From: an uncultured Acidobacteriota bacterium
GTDB lineage: Bacteria > Acidobacteriota > UBA6911
DNA length: 64,000 bases
NCBI GenBank assembly: GCA_963843575.1
Contig: CAWJKZ010000014.1
Location: 576,001 to 640,000 of the forward strand
Direction of reading: 5' to 3'
Shown one piece after another: positions 60,743-64,000 of this stretch (position 1 is the first letter of the stretch; each line of letters begins with the position of its first letter). A model generated the notes under the pieces. The model had not been told where the DNA came from and searched no databases. It was given only the letters and a program-made list of their open reading frames with translations. Both the position numbers and the translations under genes were made by a program.

Positions 60743-61459
60743 TCATCGCCTTAGGCTCGAGGCGGCGGCCGCCTGCAGGTACCTGGCCAGCGGCACGGGG
60801 GACCGTGCCTCGGGCACGCGCTGGATCAGCTCTTCGACCGCGATAAAGTCCTCCGGCGTGTCCACCGTGATGCGCAGTTCCGGCTGCCGCATCGCGTCCG
60901 GGGGTGCCAGGAGCGCGAACCGGAAGCGCTCCGGGTGGTGCTTCACATACAGGGTCACGTGCTCGCGGTGATGTGCAAGAGTCGCCTCGCGTTCGACCCT
61001 CGTCAGTGCCTCCGCCGTAATGGCCTCGGTCGCGGCGCCAACCGGCAGATCGGCTTCCATGCAGTAATCGAGCTTGCTCGTGCGGACGGCCCGGACGATG
61101 CGGTCGGCAGACCCGAAATCGACGAGCGGGTTGTCCGCGGTGGCCCGGATGATGATGCCCGGTCCGAACCGCTCGGAAGCCTGCTGGTACCGCTTCAGGA
61201 CGTCCAGCGACGGGCCCCGGTGCACCCGTGTCCCGAGGCGCTCGCATTCCCTCTCGACGGCGTCGTCCTCCTCCAGCGTTGTGGTCAGCACGATCACCTC
61301 GTCCACCGTCCGAGCGGCGCCCAGACGCCAGATGGCCCGTTCGAGGAGTGAGCGCCCCTGTATGCGCAGCAGCACCTTTCCGGGAAGCCGCGTGCTTCCC
61401 ATCCTGGCCTGCAGATACGCATGAACTGTCCCGGGCAACGGGGGTCCTCCCCTTGGCAT
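60743..61459 (-). CDS. SpsF-like cytidylyltransferase
   Basis: QARMGSTRLPGKVL, RATADNP, REHVT, RITVDTPED. Confidence 0.9.
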   Translation of the reverse strand: MPRGGPPLPGTVHAYLQARMGSTRLPGKVLLRIQGRSLLERAIWRLGAARTVDEVIVLTTTLEEDDAVERECERLGTRVHRGPSLDVLKRYQQASERFGPGIIIRATADNPLVDFGSADRIVRAVRTSKLDYCMEADLPVGAATEAITAEALTRVEREATLAHHREHVTLYVKHHPERFRFALLAPPDAMRQPELRITVDTPEDFIAVEELIQRVPEARSPVPLARYLQAAAASSLRR

Positions 61460-61512
61460 CAAGATCTCTCATCGACACGAGGCCTGGAGCGCGGGCTGAG
61501 AAGGCCCGCTGT

Positions 61513-62226
61513 TCAGGCCGGCTGGAACTCGGCGCTTCTCGCCTCATACTCCTGCTGGGCTAGCTCGCAGTCTTCGCGCCGCCCTATGTCCCGCCAATAA
61601 TCCCCGGACGGATACCCGACCACCTTCTCGCCGTTGTCGAGCAGGCGCACGACGAGGTCGGGGAAATCCAGGTAGGAGCCCGCGTCGATGTAGCGCAGAA
61701 CACGGGGCTCATAGACGTAGACGCCCATGCTCACATCGAAGCAATAGAGCGGCTTCTCCCTGTAGGCAACCAGACGTGAGCTCTCATCGGTCTCCAGCAC
61801 ACCCAGGTCGATGCGGACTTCCTTCCGGTGCATGGCGATCGTCAAGGCGGCCCCGGAATCGCGGTGAAAGCCGGTCAGGACCCGGCAGTCCAGAGTGGTC
61901 AGCACGTCCCCGTTCATGGTCAGAAAGGTCTCGTCCAGACCCGGGATCATCGCCAGGGGGCCGGCGGTGCCCAGGGGCTGCCGTTCCCGATAGTAGCTGA
62001 GGTTCAGCCCGGGAATGCTCTTGTGCCCGTTCTGAAAATAGGCTTCGATCAGCTCGCCCAGGTGGCCGACCGAAAGGCAGATGTCGCCGATACCCTGCCG
62101 CACCAGCTGCCGGATCATGATCTCCAGGATCGGGCGCTCGCCGATGGGAACGAGGGGTTTCGGGAACACGGTCGTATAAGGCGCCAGCCTTGTCCCCTTC
62201 CCTCCTGCCAGGATGATGGCCTTCAT
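61513..62226 (-). CDS. Sugar-phosphate nucleotidyltransferase
   Basis: LAGGKGTRL, PKPL, PLGTAG, NGD, WRDIG. Confidence 0.92.
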   Translation of the reverse strand: MKAIILAGGKGTRLAPYTTVFPKPLVPIGERPILEIMIRQLVRQGIGDICLSVGHLGELIEAYFQNGHKSIPGLNLSYYRERQPLGTAGPLAMIPGLDETFLTMNGDVLTTLDCRVLTGFHRDSGAALTIAMHRKEVRIDLGVLETDESSRLVAYREKPLYCFDVSMGVYVYEPRVLRYIDAGSYLDFPDLVVRLLDNGEKVVGYPSGDYWRDIGRREDCELAQQEYEARSAEFQPA

Positions 62227-63263
62227 GAGCGCACCTCCGCGACGACCGGGTCGGCCGCCGCTCCCGAAGCACTTTCGACCGCGTCGCACGACGTCTCGCT
62301 GCGGTCGGGCAAAAAGATCGCCGACTCGTAGCACGCCATCAGGAGCCCGTCGGTGAATTTCCCGATGCACGGATTTACCCGCCTGCCGCAGCGCATCTCG
62401 ACGAGCCAGGCCGGAAAATCCGCTCCCGCGGCGATCGTCAGGGGAATGCCCCCGGAGAAGCGCGGATTGACCTCGAATATGGTGGCCTCACCGCCTTCGT
62501 ACATCACCTGGATGTTGGCGGGGCCGCGAATCTGCAGCGCCTCCGCGGTGCGCGCCCCCAATTCGATCAGCCGCGGGTTATTCCAGGTGCGGCCGCGGTC
62601 GGTCACGCCGGAGCGGATCACCAGGCGCTCCCTGGGAACGACGCTGACGATTCTCCCGCTGAAGTCCGCGAGCACGTCGATGGTGAACTCGCGGCCAGCC
62701 AGGAACTCCTGAACCACGGGCTCGCGGACGGCATCGAGATAGAAGCGGAGCTCCCGCTCGTTGTATACGGGATGAGCCCCGACGCTACCACGGCCGGAGC
62801 GAGGCTTTAAGAAGAGTGGGTAACCTAGCGAGAGGAAGTCCAGGTCCGCGGGCAGCCACGTGCGTGCGGCCGGAAGACCGTGGTCCAGGAGAAAACGCGA
62901 GGTGAGCTGCTTGTCGTTGCAGATGGCGCCGGTTTGCGCGCCGGACACCGCCACCCGCACATCCATCTTCAGAAAGTCCTCCGCATACGCCCCGAACAGG
63001 GGCAGTTCATCGTCGATGGTCGGCACGAGCAGGTGTATCCGCTCCTTGAAGCAGATCGATTTGATCATCGGGATGTAATCAGGGTCGGTCGTCAACGGGA
63101 CGAGGTAGTGACGATCGCTGAAATAGAGGCCGGGGCTCAGCGTATTCATGTCGGTGGTGACAACGTTCCCCTGGAGACTCAGCTTCTCCAGGGCACGCAC
63201 GAACGCCTGGATGAGAGGAACCCGGCGGCTTGCTGCGGTAATCAGGATGTTGACTTCGCGCAT
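62223..63263 (-). CDS. ATP-grasp protein (carbamoyl-phosphate-synthase-like, glycan-cluster type)
   Basis: NILIT, PTIDDEL, KPRSGRGS, QEFL, EVNPRFSGG. Confidence 0.88.
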   Translation of the reverse strand: MREVNILITAASRRVPLIQAFVRALEKLSLQGNVVTTDMNTLSPGLYFSDRHYLVPLTTDPDYIPMIKSICFKERIHLLVPTIDDELPLFGAYAEDFLKMDVRVAVSGAQTGAICNDKQLTSRFLLDHGLPAARTWLPADLDFLSLGYPLFLKPRSGRGSVGAHPVYNERELRFYLDAVREPVVQEFLAGREFTIDVLADFSGRIVSVVPRERLVIRSGVTDRGRTWNNPRLIELGARTAEALQIRGPANIQVMYEGGEATIFEVNPRFSGGIPLTIAAGADFPAWLVEMRCGRRVNPCIGKFTDGLLMACYESAIFLPDRSETSCDAVESASGAAADPVVAEVRS

Positions 63264-63279
63264 CGCGTTGGCTCCCGTT

Positions 63280-64000
63280 TCAATGGTTGAGCTGCTCCAT
63301 GGAGTTCGCGTCCTTTTCCCTGGCCGGTCCCAGCGACGGGAGCAGATCGTCCCACTGCAGAGCGTTGTCCCGCCCGATATTCCTGCGCACCTTCATGCCG
63401 ACGAGCCGCTCCGCCTGCTTCGGCTCCAGACCGGTGCCGGGCCGCTTGAAACCGAGCATCCAGGGCTCGATGGTCTCGTAAGACCGGATGTCCACGGCGG
63501 CCACGACGCTCCGGCGACTCAGGGCACGATTTTCCGCCTCGGATGCCGCCGGGCACTTCCTGCCGTCCCCAAGGCTCGATTCGACTGCCCGGATACTCTG
63601 CACCATCGACCGGAGTTCGCCGGGCTCCAGGCTCAGTTTGTGGTCCGGCCCCCGCGCCTGCCGGTCCAGCGTAAAGTGTTTTTCGATCAGAACGGCGCCG
63701 AGCGAAACAGCCACCAGCGGGAGAAGAATCCCCTCGCTGTGGTCGGAGAATCCGACCGGCAGGTCGAAGTAGTCGGCCATCGTCTGGATGGCCCGAAGGT
63801 TGAGGGACTCGGGCAGGGCCGGGTACGACGACACGCAGTGCAGCAGCACGATCTCGGCGGCGCCCGCCGTCCGTAGCGTCCAGACCGCCTCCGCCACCTC
63901 GCTCAAAAAGGACATCCCGGTCGAGAGCAGCACCGGCTTGCCTTTCGAGGCGACATGCTTCAGCAGGGGGACATAGGTGATGTCCGACGAGGCGATTTTG
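63280..64000 (-). CDS. NeuB/PseI-family nonulosonic acid synthase, 5'-truncated by the window edge
   Basis: KIASSD, LSTGM, LHCVSSYP, GFSDH, EKHFT, C-terminal SAF domain (KRPGTG). Confidence 0.92.
   Translation of the reverse strand, partial: KIASSDITYVPLLKHVASKGKPVLLSTGMSFLSEVAEAVWTLRTAGAAEIVLLHCVSSYPALPESLNLRAIQTMADYFDLPVGFSDHSEGILLPLVAVSLGAVLIEKHFTLDRQARGPDHKLSLEPGELRSMVQSIRAVESSLGDGRKCPAASEAENRALSRRSVVAAVDIRSYETIEPWMLGFKRPGTGLEPKQAERLVGMKVRRNIGRDNALQWDDLLPSLGPAREKDANSMEQLNH

Overview
High-GC bacterial chromosome segment. The Oar-type TonB-dependent receptor, VWA-related protein, mglBA and Tat-exported epimerase suggest Acidobacteriota (inference). It holds about 58 CDSs. I found no rRNA, tRNA, CRISPR array or transposase. 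Housekeeping genes include moaA, trxB, pgm, hrpB, sua5, glmU and lepB. Signalling genes include a hybrid kinase plus diguanylate cyclase, an HD-GYP regulator and a SpoIIE phosphatase. Motility-related genes include mglBA, an FlhG-like ATPase, and flbD-motAB downstream of nonulosonic-acid genes. Best leads: (1) a tightly coupled, apparently leaderless operon at the left edge (ABC permease, ABC ATPase, 2-TM coiled-coil protein, tandem AAA+ ATPase, helical protein) that may be an envelope-remodelling or stress system; (2) an unassigned ~190-nt multi-stem element closed by a 17-bp terminal helix at 4851-5041; (3) a small ORF missed by the ORF track, with an in-frame UGA at codon 5, overlapping a relic yjbQ 5' end; (4) a SEX4/laforin-like phosphatase; (5) a 12-Cys protein overlapping glmU; (6) a MITE at 26928-27161. 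All eight apparent frameshifts, in four genes, resolve as single-base insertions, which points to sequencing error rather than pseudogenes. Family assignments come from motif recognition only; no database searches were run.
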